Shown here one piece after another: positions 45,248-57,291 of a stretch of 64,000 bases of DNA. Position 1 is the first letter of the stretch. Each line of letters starts with the position of its first letter. The position numbers and the translations under genes are program-made. Location: contig OZ024741.1 of assembly GCA_964016885.1 (NCBI GenBank), forward strand, positions 140,616,001-140,680,000, read 5' to 3'. Source of the DNA: Eledone cirrhosa. Taxonomy: Eukaryota. The notes under the pieces were generated by a model. The model was given only the letters and a program-made list of their open reading frames with translations. It searched no databases and was not told the origin of the DNA.

Positions 45248-45600
45248 TCACAAATGGAAGAAAACAACAGCCAAATAATTTCACCACCAACACCACCACC
45301 ACAAACAATTTAGCTAGAGACAAACCAACAGCAGCAACAACACCATCACTACAGTACTACTACCCCAACACCACCGTCACCACTCCATCATCGCTACCAC
45401 CACTATTCCCTCACTACCTCCTGTTAAGAGAGGGAAGGTAGTAGTGCCACTACACATGACTAGAACCGAGGAAGTCACCAAAAGATATAAATAGACTGAT
45501 TTAGTGACCAGGTCAAGCAGCTAACAACAACACCATAAACATTATTGTCGTTGTTATCTATAAACTCTCTCAGAATGTTTAGTTTAAACGATGTCAAATA

Positions 45601-45710
45601 ATAATAATTGTTTCTACTTTTGGCACAAGGCTAGCAATTATCCAGTACACTACTGGTACTTTATTTTATCGACCCCGTACGGATGAAAGGCAAAATTGAC
45701 CTCAGCGGCA
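45601..45710 (-). mobile_element. 5'-truncated tRNA-derived SINE (3' body)
   Basis: Shares ggggtcgataaaataaagtaccagt...gaaacaattatta with the copies at 48486, 54087 and 61325. Confidence 0.75.
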
Positions 45711-45829
45711 ACAAGTCGAAAAATTACAGAACAGAACACAGACAAAAACAAACGCATTCAAACATTACAATGAAACTTATGTTTATTTTTTATGTTTTTA
45801 TTTATTTATTTATTTATGTTTTGTCTACA

Positions 45830-48490
45830 GCGTGATGGTGCCACGCTAAAATCACCGGGGGTGATGAAATCACTGGTGGTTATGCAACCATACATTCACC
45901 AAACCTCGATATGAGTGTTTAAATGTCGAACTTAAACAGTTCGAAATATGGTGAAAAGGAGACTGGAATGTCATGTGAAAACTCTCACCAAGCAAGTCCT
46001 CCGTGGCCCAGCAGCAGGGACCTGGCTGTCATCCAAATACTGCTGATGTTGGAGGAACAAGTAGGAAAGGGACAAGAACCAACTGCACGGAAGAATTGAA
46101 TAGAACTGTCATGAAATGTATGACATGGAAAAAGGCTATAGAAAACTGATGCATAACATCTGGAACGAGATTGGTCTATTTAAATTAGATGAAAAAAATT
46201 GGCCGGGCAGGCTAGGGTAATAAGAACTAATGGATGGATATTCGAGTTGGAACTGGAGGAACTGAGCAGAGAGATTAAGTTGGAAACGGAGAGTGGAGTA
46301 TGTCAGGCAAACAAGCCAGAGGGAAATTAAGGTAAAGAGGTTGAGAGACCTGAGGAGGCATCCGAAGCGGACAGTGATCTGAATGCTGAAATAAATAACA
46401 TCTGGAACAAAGATACGGCCATTAAGGAAATGAATGTTGAAGAGCTTGGTCAAGATTTGGTTGATATCCTGAACTTAATGGTAGATGAAATGAACAATGA
46501 TAGTGGAAAACCTATGAACCTAAGATTTGTAGATAGGAAAAAGTTAAAAGAAACAACAGATAAGGTAAACAAAGTCATCCCATACCTTGAGGTGAGGAAC
46601 CTTCACCAGTGCAACAATATCCTCAAAGCAACCGCAATTGCGGTGAGGAAATTACTTGGCATAAAAACGAGTGGAAACAACAAACAAGAAAGATCAGAAC
46701 CTTGGTGGAAGAAACGAAATTAGAAAAGACATTGGACACATGGAAACATAGACACTAAAGTTAGATTGGAAATAAAATACAAAACTAAGGGGGAAAAGCT
46801 AAATATTATCATAGAGGAACTGAAGCAAGGCATTGTAGCAAAACGTGCAAAGATTAGGTGGTAATGGAACAGAGTTAGTCAGTATAGACAGATCCGCATG
46901 TTTGACAACAACCTGACGTTGTTGTTTGGACAGCTTGTAGGGAAAGAAAGAGGAACGACGTGATCCCTGAGGCAGAACAGACTAAGACATTCTGGAGAGG
47001 AATATGGGAGCAGGATGTTGAACATAATAGTCAGGCAGTGTGGATTGAAACAGTTCAAAAGGAGATTAGTGAACAAGCACACCAACAAACTGATTTGAGT
47101 ATCACAGTTGAAACTCTTAAAGGGCAGGTCAAAAAGCAAACCAACAGGAAATCACCAGGCCCAGATGGTGTGCAATGGTATTGCATTAAAAATATAACAT
47201 CCCTCCACCCGAAACTGACAACCATGTTCAATGACTGCTTGATGTCGGGTGAAGTACCAGAATGGTTGACAAAAGGTACCACAGTTCTGGTAATGAAAGA
47301 TTGAATTAAGGGTAATGATGTTACCAACTATAGACCTATCACATGTCTGTCCGTAATGTGGAAACTGTTAACAAGCATTATGCCTGAGAAAATCTATATT
47401 CACCTCCACATAAACAACTTGTTACCGGACGAAAAGAAAGGATGCCGAAAGAAGTCCCGTGGTACAAAAGACCAGTTACTTATTGATAAGATGGTAATGA
47501 AGAATTGCAAGAGGAGGCACACTGGTCTTGCCATGGGATGGATAGATTACAAAAAGGCATTTGGTATGGTACTTCATTCTTGGATAACCAAAATCCTAGA
47601 GATCTTCAAGGTGGCAGATAACATCAGATAGCTATAAAGCAAAAGCATGAAGTCCAGGGAAACTGAGTTAACATCAGATGGAGATTCCTTGGGAGGCGTG
47701 AAGATCAAGAGAGGTATCTTCCAGTGAGATAGTTTGTGCCATTTGTTGTTTGTCCTTGCCCTGATACCCCTGTCCGTCATATTGCGAAAAGTGAGAGCAG
47801 GATACAAGTTGGGAAGATCTTAAACTGTTTGGGAAGAGTGAGAACGAGTTGGATGTACTTGTTGACACTGTCCGTATTTTCAGCAATGATATATGTATGG
47901 AATTTGGTGTTAATAAGTGTGGAGTCCTAGTGATGAAGACGGGTAAATTGATCAGAAGCAACGGAATCCAGGTACCAACAGGTGAGATGATAAAGGAAAT
48001 TGACACTGAAGAGTGATACAAATATTTAGGTGTCATGGAGGCAGATGACACCAAGAACAAAAAAATAAAGGAATTGATAAGATCTTAATACATAAGCAGA
48101 CAAGGAAAAAAGATCGTGCCTGATTGTAGATGTTGCCTGTCCATTTGATACGAGAGTGCAAGAAAAGGAGAGAGAGAAAATTACCCAATACCAGGATTTA
48201 AAGTGGGAGGTAAAAATGATTTGGAACTGCCATGGAATCAAGGTCGTCCCGATTGTCATAGGCGCACTAGGTACTATCTCAAAGAGTTTCCAAGGATGGT
48301 TAAAGAAGATTAGTCCAGCCCCGCTTTTTGGATCACTTGAAAAGTCATGCTTGCTGGGAACAGCAAGAACCCTCCGATACGTCCTGCATGTCTGAGGCTG
48401 CAGGTAGCGGCTTGATATGCAATTCAACAAACTTTCCAGTTAAATAACATCAATGACTGAGACACAAAGAACAATAATAATAATAATAAT
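45830..48490 (+). mobile_element. Decayed RLE-type non-LTR retrotransposon, R4/Dong-like, with internal deletions and (TAA)n tail
   Basis: Motifs [57 protein letters not shown] and RGIFQ*DSL. The restriction-like endonuclease part reads IVDVACPFD...EKITQYQDL...VVPIVIGALG. The YxDD region is deleted near 47817. The 5' boundary is approximate. Confidence 0.85.
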
Positions 48491-48668
48491 TGTTTCTATT
48501 TGTGGCACAAAGCCAGCAATTATCCCAATGCATTGCTGATACTTTAATTTATCGACCCCCGTAAGGAAAGGCAAAGTTAACCTCGGTGGGAGTTGAACTC
48601 AGAGCATAAATGGCCATAACTCTATACTGTACAGCATGGTGTCCGAAGCTCTACTGACACTGCCAATC

Positions 48669-48670
<2 letters not shown>
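48486..48670 (-). mobile_element. tRNA-derived SINE, near full length
   Basis: A-box-like tggcagtgtcagt, B-box-like gagttcaactc, shared core and (ATT)n tail; flanked by (GAA)n at 48670-48710. Confidence 0.78.
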
Positions 48671-48699
<29 letters not shown>

Positions 48700-51600
48700 A
48701 AGAAGAAGAATTTTGCTGAAATTAAGTAACTAGATCTATTCATCTCACTGGTTATAGATTGTCATAGATACAACTAAAGTGCTGCCTCCCCAACTGAGAA
48801 TAATTAATTCTATTACAAGTATGAATATGTGAAATATACCCAATATATTCTGTAAGCAAATGAAATACTAAACGAATACAACTATTTTCATTCTTATAAT
48901 CACAAAGAACATCCATGACTTTTTTAACTATATTTTTTTCCTTTCGCTTTCTATCTTGCATGATTCCCTGTTGGTACTTGGCAAATACTCAAGCAATTTC
49001 GGTAAACGAACATGAGAATTTCCCACTGGAATTCAAAGCTAATCTTCACCTGAAAATTGTGTAAGAATTGAATAATAAACCCCACAGACTATATTTGGAA
49101 GATGCTGACGATAATTGAATTAGTCTAACCTTAAATCGAAAATGACATGACCATTAAAACCATCTTTATATTGTCGTGTTGTATAGCAATATTGAGGCGG
49201 TGTAATAGAATAGTCATTAAAACGTTGGATAGTATGTCTAAAGATATTCGCTCTGGTTCTGAGCTTCCATGTGAAATTGATCCGAGATTAACTTTGCTAT
49301 TCATTTTATCGAAGTCGGTAACGTATCGATATATTACTGAAGTTGGTCCTTCTCTTCACTCATCTTTTCACTTCCACTTCATAAGCTCAGCTGTTTTCAA
49401 ACTTGGAGAAGTTAGGCTTCCGCTAGCTTTAAAACGCGAAAGACACGCTGTGTAACCTGATGGCGAATCTACTACGTCAGTAGTTGAACGTCCATAACTG
49501 GACGAAGTAATATTCCTCTCATCGCGTTGGAGCTACATTAAAAAGAAGATTTTGAGTTCATGAGAAATATTAATATTGCTACCGTTTATGCCAAAATAAG
49601 TCATGAGGGTGCAGACATTCATTTAGAGCGTTCTGTCATATCAGGTATACCATTGTCCAAAATAACCTTTATATTTTTCATATCATTGGTTACTGTTTAC
49701 AATAGTTCAATCAACGGTATAGGTCCTCTGTTGCTGGCTCGCAAAATATTAATGTAAATTCCTTTTTGTAAATAGTTATGGCTGTGTTGATGCTGCTTAA
49801 TTTAATTATTAAAGTGTTGGCTGTGATGTTTTGTGGTATATGCTTCGTTTCACTGGCCTCAGGGTTCAAATCCAGTCAAAGTGAATTTTACTTTCCACAC
49901 ATTTAGGATCCACTATTTACAAAACAAAATTAGTTGTTTGACAGTATTTTTAGAACGTTACATTAGATGCCGTGTGGTATTTTGTTCTGTTCTACGCATG
50001 TTGAGTTCAAATTCCTCCTACATTTTCAATTTCAAATTGTGCCCAGTTTATAATAACCCGTGGACAAGCAAGCCTGTAGTAAGTATATATGTTTCGATAA
50101 CGGCTTCATCCTGCAGTGTCCTCGCACTTGGGGTTCTTGAACCCTTAGTGATCCACAAAAATCACTCCGTAGGGCTAAGGTTAAATTTTCAATAATATGC
50201 ACATACAATTATGTATCCAATCTTTCCCAACGTATTAGTTTTTCTTTTGAAAATGATGTTCATTCTATGAAAGTCAGAAAAAGAGAGTAGTTGCAGGGTG
50301 AGATCCTAGAAACATTAATTTAAATTAAAGGGGTTCTTGGTAGTGAACATTTTAAAAACCACTGAGGTAATATAACAGTAAAGAATGGTGAAAGGGAGTA
50401 ATCTTCAGACTCGTGATGTGGACCTTTTATTGAAACACGTTATGTTCTTCAAAATCACCGAAAGTCTTGCCAGTATTGTTAAAACCGGGCGATGAATTAC
50501 GCTAACGAATTCTAGAAATGCAATGCAAATGAAAAGTACCTTATTGAATATGATATGGATATAATAATATGATGCTTAAGCACTGAGTAAATATTTGATT
50601 ATTATGTATCCGAAATCAATATTAAAATTACGCTTTGATATTTCTATATAACTTGACAATCAAATAAACGATACAGCTCTAATGAAATATCGAATTATTT
50701 GAAACAAAATTTAACATTTTAATTAGAAACATACATAATGAATATGCACATAAATTGTTGTAAACACCATTATATGCTTCCTTTCAGCATGATACATTAG
50801 AATGTTTTACATTCCACTTCGGCTATGTAAGAAAATACTTGATCAAAGCATTGTGAATTTCCTGACCACAGAGTTATGTTTACGTCATTATTTGTTAATG
50901 CGTGTAAAATTTAACCCGAATATAAACCCCTGCTCTAAAAGTTCTCTTTTCGCACATGAAGATAGGTGGCTTAGTGGATGATCATAATATTGTTACTTTG
51001 TATTGCGGCGGCGCGTTTTGCTCTGAGTAATAATTTTTTCTCTTGTCAAATATCGATCACCTAATTTAATAACTGGATTATAACCTGAACGTAGAGGGCT
51101 TGGACACACCCTCATGTTTTCGAAAACAAAACGGGGATGTTCGGTGTAGTCATTTGCCCTGCTAGGGCAAATATCTCTCAAATCATAACCAGGTCACTTG
51201 AAAAAGAAGTTGACAATAGAAAATGTAGTGGTAGATAGACGGTGTCTGAATAAAAACGGGATGGAAACGGCTTTTATCATAGAACTAATTGATCATATGT
51301 CTGAAGGCTAAATAAAAAAATGCAACAAGAGAAACAAACTCCACAGCATGTACAACAATAACAGTAACAACCAATACATGACATTAACACTATACAATCT
51401 ACAGAACTGGCAAAAAATGAGTTGCACTTGCAAGACCTGGCACACACATTTCACACTATCATTCTGAGAACAAAGTGAACTGCGCATGTTCAGCTAGTTG
51501 CACGTTAAATTCATACATTTCCTAAATAGTAAAATGTCTCTCAATACGTTCTGTGTTATTAATTTTCTGAGAGTATCTGTGATGTCTAAGTTGATGTTGA

Positions 51601-51975
51601 TTTTATTATTACATTGTGTGATCACAAACACTCTGAAAATCTGTGACAGTTTTCCCTTTGATAATGAATCGCAGGAATATTAAGAGTGTTGATATTAATA
51701 TCATGAAATGCATATCCACACCAACAATCCTCTTATCAGTTTAAATATTTACAAGCAATCGACAATATAACTAACATGCATAACCTATTATCATTTCAAT
51801 CTCTTTGAATAGAGTGTGTTTGGCTTGTCATAGTTAACTCAACTTTAGGTGGCATACAAAGAATTATGTCAATTATAGCATCAGAATAGCAGCTACTTCA
51901 ATATATTAATACTAATCATTTTATCCACACTTGAGTAATAATTCAATTTTAGTTTTAGCATAAGATAAATGGATA

Positions 51976-52040
51976 GGCGTAGGTATAGCAGCGCGGTGAA
52001 GAAGTTTGATTTGCAACTACGTGGTTCTTAGTTCAGTCCA
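51976..52040 (+). mobile_element. Truncated tRNA-like head of a second SINE family
   Basis: ggcgtaggtatagcagcgcggtgaagaag...gttcagtcc has A/B-box-like spacing and ends at (TA)n. Confidence 0.45.
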
Positions 52041-52607
52041 TATATATACTATCTCTCTCTATATATATATATACACTAGAATTCATTCTTCTGTCTACTT
52101 CTCAGCAAAGAAGAGGGAAAAAGAAACTTATCTCTTAATTCTAAATCTTTAATTTTTAGTTTTTAATTTTTATTAATTCCTTTTAAATGTAATACTCAAC
52201 ATTTGATAAGATGAATTTTAATAAACGCGAAATACTTTATATAATTATAAAACTCTTTTTTTTTAAAGAATTCTCCCTCTCATTCTGTCAGTAATATGAC
52301 TTTGACGAATCAAAGAAAGGAAACAAAAGAAAAGCAGACCCCAAAATATAGTTTCCGTGCTATTTCCAACTTCATTTTTTCTCTCTATATATATATATAG
52401 AAGTATTTCCACAAAAGTTAGTTCGCCATACCAAAACAAATATTTCACCTTTTGCGGATCTTCATTTCGGTGACCGAGCTGAAGATCCGCATAAGATGAA
52501 ACGTTTGTTCTTGGAACTATTCCTACCAAACTTGTCCTATGGACTTAGTGCTCTACTATTACTACTGCTATGGATATAACCCTCCAGGGTTCTATTATAT
52601 ATATATA

Positions 52608-52827
52608 GTAATAATAATAAAATTTGAAGACTAAAATCCAAAGAGGGCTCGATAAGGATAAATATATATCAAATATATAAGAACCGTAGAACGAATAATT
52701 ATTAAAATAACAGATTAAAGTTTAAGCAAAGAATCGCTGCTTTCACCCTTAACGGGATCTTCTGAAGATCTCGTTAAGGGTGAAAGCAGCGATTCTTTGC
52801 TTAAACTTTAATCTGTAATTTAATAAA
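52608..52827. repeat. Fold-back copy of a PLE-associated 3'/pseudo-LTR module (family X), palindrome centred on T52763, (TA)n-flanked
   Basis: 52608-52762 is the reverse complement of ~58822-58978; 52764-52827 is the forward partial copy. Confidence 0.85.
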
Positions 52828-52846
52828 TATATATATATATATATAT

Positions 52847-53692
52847 AAATATAAGTATATATACGTACATACATATATGTGTACAGACGCACAGTAGCAT
52901 GTATATATATACATACAGGCACACATATATATATATATATATATACGTATGGGTTTACCGAACATTTATTATAATATTCGGTTTGTTTGTAAACAAACAG
53001 CCCGAATTGCGCCGTACAGTGCTCGGCACCATCGTCGCCCTTTTGTTCAACACTGACACAGGAACGATGTACTAGTTTCAAGCTACTCAGTATCGTATAC
53101 CTATATGTCAGATGATTGAACGTTTGAAAGTATATACTTTCTTTATGCATATTAACGGATGAGCAGCCTAATTTGCATATCGAGTGAGTTAGTCGGCCGG
53201 GCGCACCGAAAACGATAAATGGAAAAGAATGAAACGAAATTTCATTTCTCACTCTTAGTACGGCTGATACCTAAATATAAGTATGTATACGTACATACAT
53301 ATATGTGTACAGACGCACAGAAGTATGTATATATATATATACATACATGCACACATATAGATATGTACGTATGGGTTTACCGAATATTTATTATAATGTT
53401 CTGTTTATAAGCTTGAAACTAGTACATAGTTCCTGTGTCAGTGTTGAACAAAAGGGCAACGATGGTTGCCGAGCACTGTACGGCGTATTTCGGGTTGTTT
53501 GTTTACAAACAAACCGAACATTATAATAAATGTTCGGTAAACCGATACGTACATATATATATATATATATATGCATGTATACATACTACTGTGCGTCTGT
53601 ACACATATATGTATGTACGTATACATACTTATATTTAGGTATCAGCCGTACTAAGAGTGGGAAATGAAATTCCGTTTCATTCTTTTCCATTT
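52847..53692. repeat. Diverged relative of the 472-bp monomer (period ~426 bp): ~1.3 units on minus, then ~0.65 unit on plus; (TA)n-flanked
   Basis: Shared blocks include gcttgaaactagtacat, cctgtgtcagtgttgaacaaaa, gtttgtttacaaac, gaaatttcatttctcactcttagta, gagcagcctaatttgcatat and aaagtatatacttt. The orientation switches at ~53407. Confidence 0.92.
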
Positions 53693-53827
53693 ATATATAT
53701 ATATATATAAAGGATAACAAAATATTGCTATAGGTAATCCAATTAGAGGTTGTGAATACAATTCTTAGACTGCAAATAAATCCCATTTTTTGTACTGTTG
53801 ACCATGTTATTCTCCACTTTTCAATTA

Positions 53828-53880
<53 letters not shown>

Positions 53881-53883
<3 letters not shown>

Positions 53884-54475
53884 TTAATTATAATAACAGA
53901 TTAAAGTTTAAGCAGACGTGGTTTTGTCTTTGCGAGCAATTGTTCTCACCGTTCCACATAATTATGTATTTTTTTTCCGTTCATTGCCAGAGAACGTCTC
54001 TATGAACCTAATAGAATATTAGTCTACGACTTCATTTATACCATAAACGTGGTTTTGTCTTTGCGTGTAATTGTTTTCAGCGCTCCAAATAATTGTTTCT
54101 ACATTTGGCACAAGGCCAGCAATTATCCAGTACATTACTGGTACTTTATTTTATCGACCCCGTAAAGATAATGACGTATTATCTTCGTTTTGTTTTCGTT
54201 CTTTGCCAGGCAACGTTTCCACGAACCAAAGTATCGTCTTCCTGTCTTACTCCAGTTGCAAAGTTTTTTGAAATATTGATTTCTGCGTTCACAGATTGAC
54301 TTTTTTAGTTTCAGAAGATCCCGTTAAGTGTGAAAGCAGCGATTATTTGCTTAAACTTTAATCTGTTATATTAATAAATATTTGCTCTACGGTCCTTATA
54401 TATATTTATCCTTATCCATATATATTTATCCTTATTGAGCCCTCTACGGATTTTAGTCTTCAAATTTATTACTAT

Positions 54476-54480
<5 letters not shown>
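53881..54480 (+). mobile_element. Family X module (PLE 3' region) with a short 5' inverted piece (53881-53914) and a SINE insertion
   Basis: 53916-54480 is colinear with 58497-58978; (TA)n on both sides. Confidence 0.75.
54087..54166 (-). mobile_element. 5'-truncated SINE 3' end inserted in the family X copy
   Basis: Matches 45601-45680 and is absent from the homologous 58670-58680 region. Confidence 0.75.
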
Positions 54481-54518
<38 letters not shown>

Positions 54519-55059
54519 CCTTATATTTTCTGCACAAAGAATGAATAATTTATTTGATTAATCAATTAGTCAGAGCGTTATTAACTCATAAGTGGGAAAA
54601 GGGAACAAGATAAACATTACCTTAATTACTAATTGGTTCCGACAGCAGCATGCCTTTTAAGTCCCGCTTGGATATTCTAATAATTTAGAATATTTTCTGG
54701 TGGGAGACAGTCGACCTTTTCAAACTAAGAGAACATTTCATGTGTCCGCTACTGGTGATATTTTCGAAAGCAGAAAATATCACGTGGTCGGTAGTTCACA
54801 AGAAGGGTAGAAAGAGATGGATGATTGGCAAGTAACATGAATGATAGAAACAGCAGCCGGTTCCCACATTTTTCACTCAACCATAAGGAGTATAGACACA
54901 ATTATTGGAGGTACACACAGAAACACAGACACACACACAGAGTTATAGACATAAAGGTGACTGTCAGCTACCACTTTTGCTGAATGGATTAATTAATTAG
55001 CATATAAATGTTTCAATTAAGTCTGCGGGAAGGTCTGAAAGTGTGTGTGTGTGTGCGAA

Positions 55060-55508
55060 GGTCTAGGTTGATGCCAAAATAATTTTAGTCAGATTGGTGG
55101 CTACAGTGTTCTTCAGTCCTAAATCATTCAACGTGGCAATCGGGTTTTTTCTAAATCGGTGAATGTCATGACCGCTTTTATGGCTTGATAGTGTCAGAAC
55201 ATCGTCGTGTTATAAACCCGTGTGGAAGTTCGAGAATTTGACTCCTAACGTATCTAATATATATAACCCAACCAAATCGAATACATCAGCAAGATCAAAT
55301 GGTCCCATTCAGACGTCTAATGGTTCCGAGGTAGTTGATTCTTTTGCCCAAGCTACAAGCTACTCCAATGATGAACAGAAGGGTTTTCTGCAGTAGATAA
55401 TTATCTGTCTATTCTTGTTATAGACGTAGGTTTATATAGTTGCGAACTCCAACGCTTTATCCAACAGGGTCACCGAGATCCAGAGCGAATCGTAGAAGGT
55501 CCTCGACC
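55060..55508 (-). pseudogene. Penelope-like element reverse transcriptase fragment (decayed)
   Basis: Manual translation gives ...TLLDKALEFA...DV*MGPFDLADVFDLVGLYILDTLG...GL*HDDVL...LGLKNTVATNL, matching the PLE RT pattern DVTMGSxDGAExCxLVGLYxL...GLYRDDGL. Confidence 0.75.
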
Positions 55509-55510
55509 GA

Positions 55511-55661
55511 TTACGGAAAACGACTTTCACGCCGGATTCCAAAATCGGCAACAACGCTGGGATCGGTGTATTGCTTCGCAAGGTGACTATTTCGAAGGAG
55601 ATAAACATATAAGTGTTTTTTAAACATAACTAGTCGAGAAACCTTTTGATACCATCTCGTA
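55511..55661 (+). mobile_element. mariner transposon 3' remnant (transposase C-terminus + right TIR + TA)
   Basis: FQNRQQRWDRCIASQGDYFEGDK, then ...agtcgagaaaccttttgataccatctcgTA. Confidence 0.8.
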
Positions 55662-55665
55662 TACA

Positions 55666-55741
<76 letters not shown>

Positions 55742-56527
55742 TATGTATAGTATATTTGGCAATATACCGTATGTTTAATTAAAAACATTTTGAAGACGAT
55801 ACGCTATCGGTTTTAAAGTAGTGAATGTGTCACTTACTTCTTTTCGGCGAAAAGAGGGAGATAAGTTAACAGTCTATTTCACGTTGTTGGCGATCATCAG
55901 AGCCACGCACTCCCCGCTTTCACCGAAAATTATAGAAGCTGGATTCTTATAGAATTCCAGTAATAATCAAGAGCTGATTATACAGAACGATTGCCGGTCC
56001 AGCAAAAATTAGGTATTAGGATTGGTGCTCTGAAATAGCGATGTATACATGAATGAAAAAGATGTAAGTGACATAATAGACGCCAATCCTAATACCATAT
56101 ATATATATATATAGTTATACTTGGGGAGGGTCATATTGTTGTAATAATATTGCCAGAAATAATAACAGAGCACACTCAGTGTTTAGTTGGTTTTCGCTTG
56201 TGTATCTTTTATATCTCCACAATTAATTCATTTGGTCTTCAATGTTTATCATTACCTGACCAACGGTCAAAAATACAGGTATAAACACATATATAGTCTA
56301 ACAAAGTTCTTTCGTTGCACATCTGCAACATCATCAGTGGTAAAAGAATGAAGAATAACATGGTCGGACCTACAATAGGAATTATTTACAGTATTAACAA
56401 TTGGTTTTTAGTCAGGTGAATATAAATGTCGCTGATCGTTAGAGGTTACATCACTCGAGCTTAACTACAGTCGATATACGACCAAATCGTCAAAATAGCA
56501 GGATTACTTTAAACGATGCCTTGTTAT

Positions 56528-56567
<40 letters not shown>

Positions 56568-56574
56568 GTAAGAG

Positions 56575-56592
56575 CGGGAGAGGGAGAGAGAG

Positions 56593-56678
<86 letters not shown>

Positions 56679-56687
56679 CGAGAGAGA
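56575..56687. repeat. (GA)n microsatellite
   Basis: Seen directly in the sequence. Confidence 0.95.
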
Positions 56688-57214
56688 TGCATGTTGACAA
56701 TATATTCTCGTATTTGTCCTTTGTTGTTATCTCGATAGCTAGCATCGAAGTGTTATCATATTTTTTTGAAATTTGTTTGTTAATTAGGATTATTCATCTG
56801 CAGCTATATAATGTCGACTCACTAATGACACTTTATACTTTGCTATTTACATTTCTCTACTCAAAAGCCATAATTTGTAATAGATTAATGCGATTCATTA
56901 GCAAGGTTTGGAATGCTACACTTTAAATAATTTGAAGTGCTTTAGTTAATATCCATTTAAAATAAATATGTTATATTGAAATTTAAAATAAATTTACAAT
57001 ATCAGCGGTATAAACATTGCATTTGAGCTTTTAAAATTTGGAAGTATATTACTAATGCATTTCTATAATAGATTATACAAATTCTGTACGAAATTCATGA
57101 TACCTTACACTTAAACATTTCAGCTGTATTACTTAAAAGCTTCTTCCGACATGATGGTCTGATATTTCATTCACACACATACCAATATATACATATATAC
57201 ATATATATACATAT

Positions 57215-57283
<69 letters not shown>

Positions 57284-57291
57284 CATACATA

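Noticed and set aside
45248-45420. ACC/AAC-rich tract as an inverted ORF1 piece of copy E
   Set aside because: Only compositional similarity; no alignable match seen.
45990-46055. Possible HDV-like ribozyme near the 5' end of the R4/Dong-like element (gtcctccgtggccc...)
   Set aside because: I could not assemble P1/P2/P3 pairings by eye; an RNArobo or Infernal search would be needed.
48750-52530. Possible minus-strand host exons (48752-48961, 49368-49533, 50997-51196, 52263-52529)
   Set aside because: No recognisable protein. The best acceptor at 51197 is followed by stops in all three frames and the phases do not chain. A non-coding or decayed gene cannot be excluded without RNA-seq.
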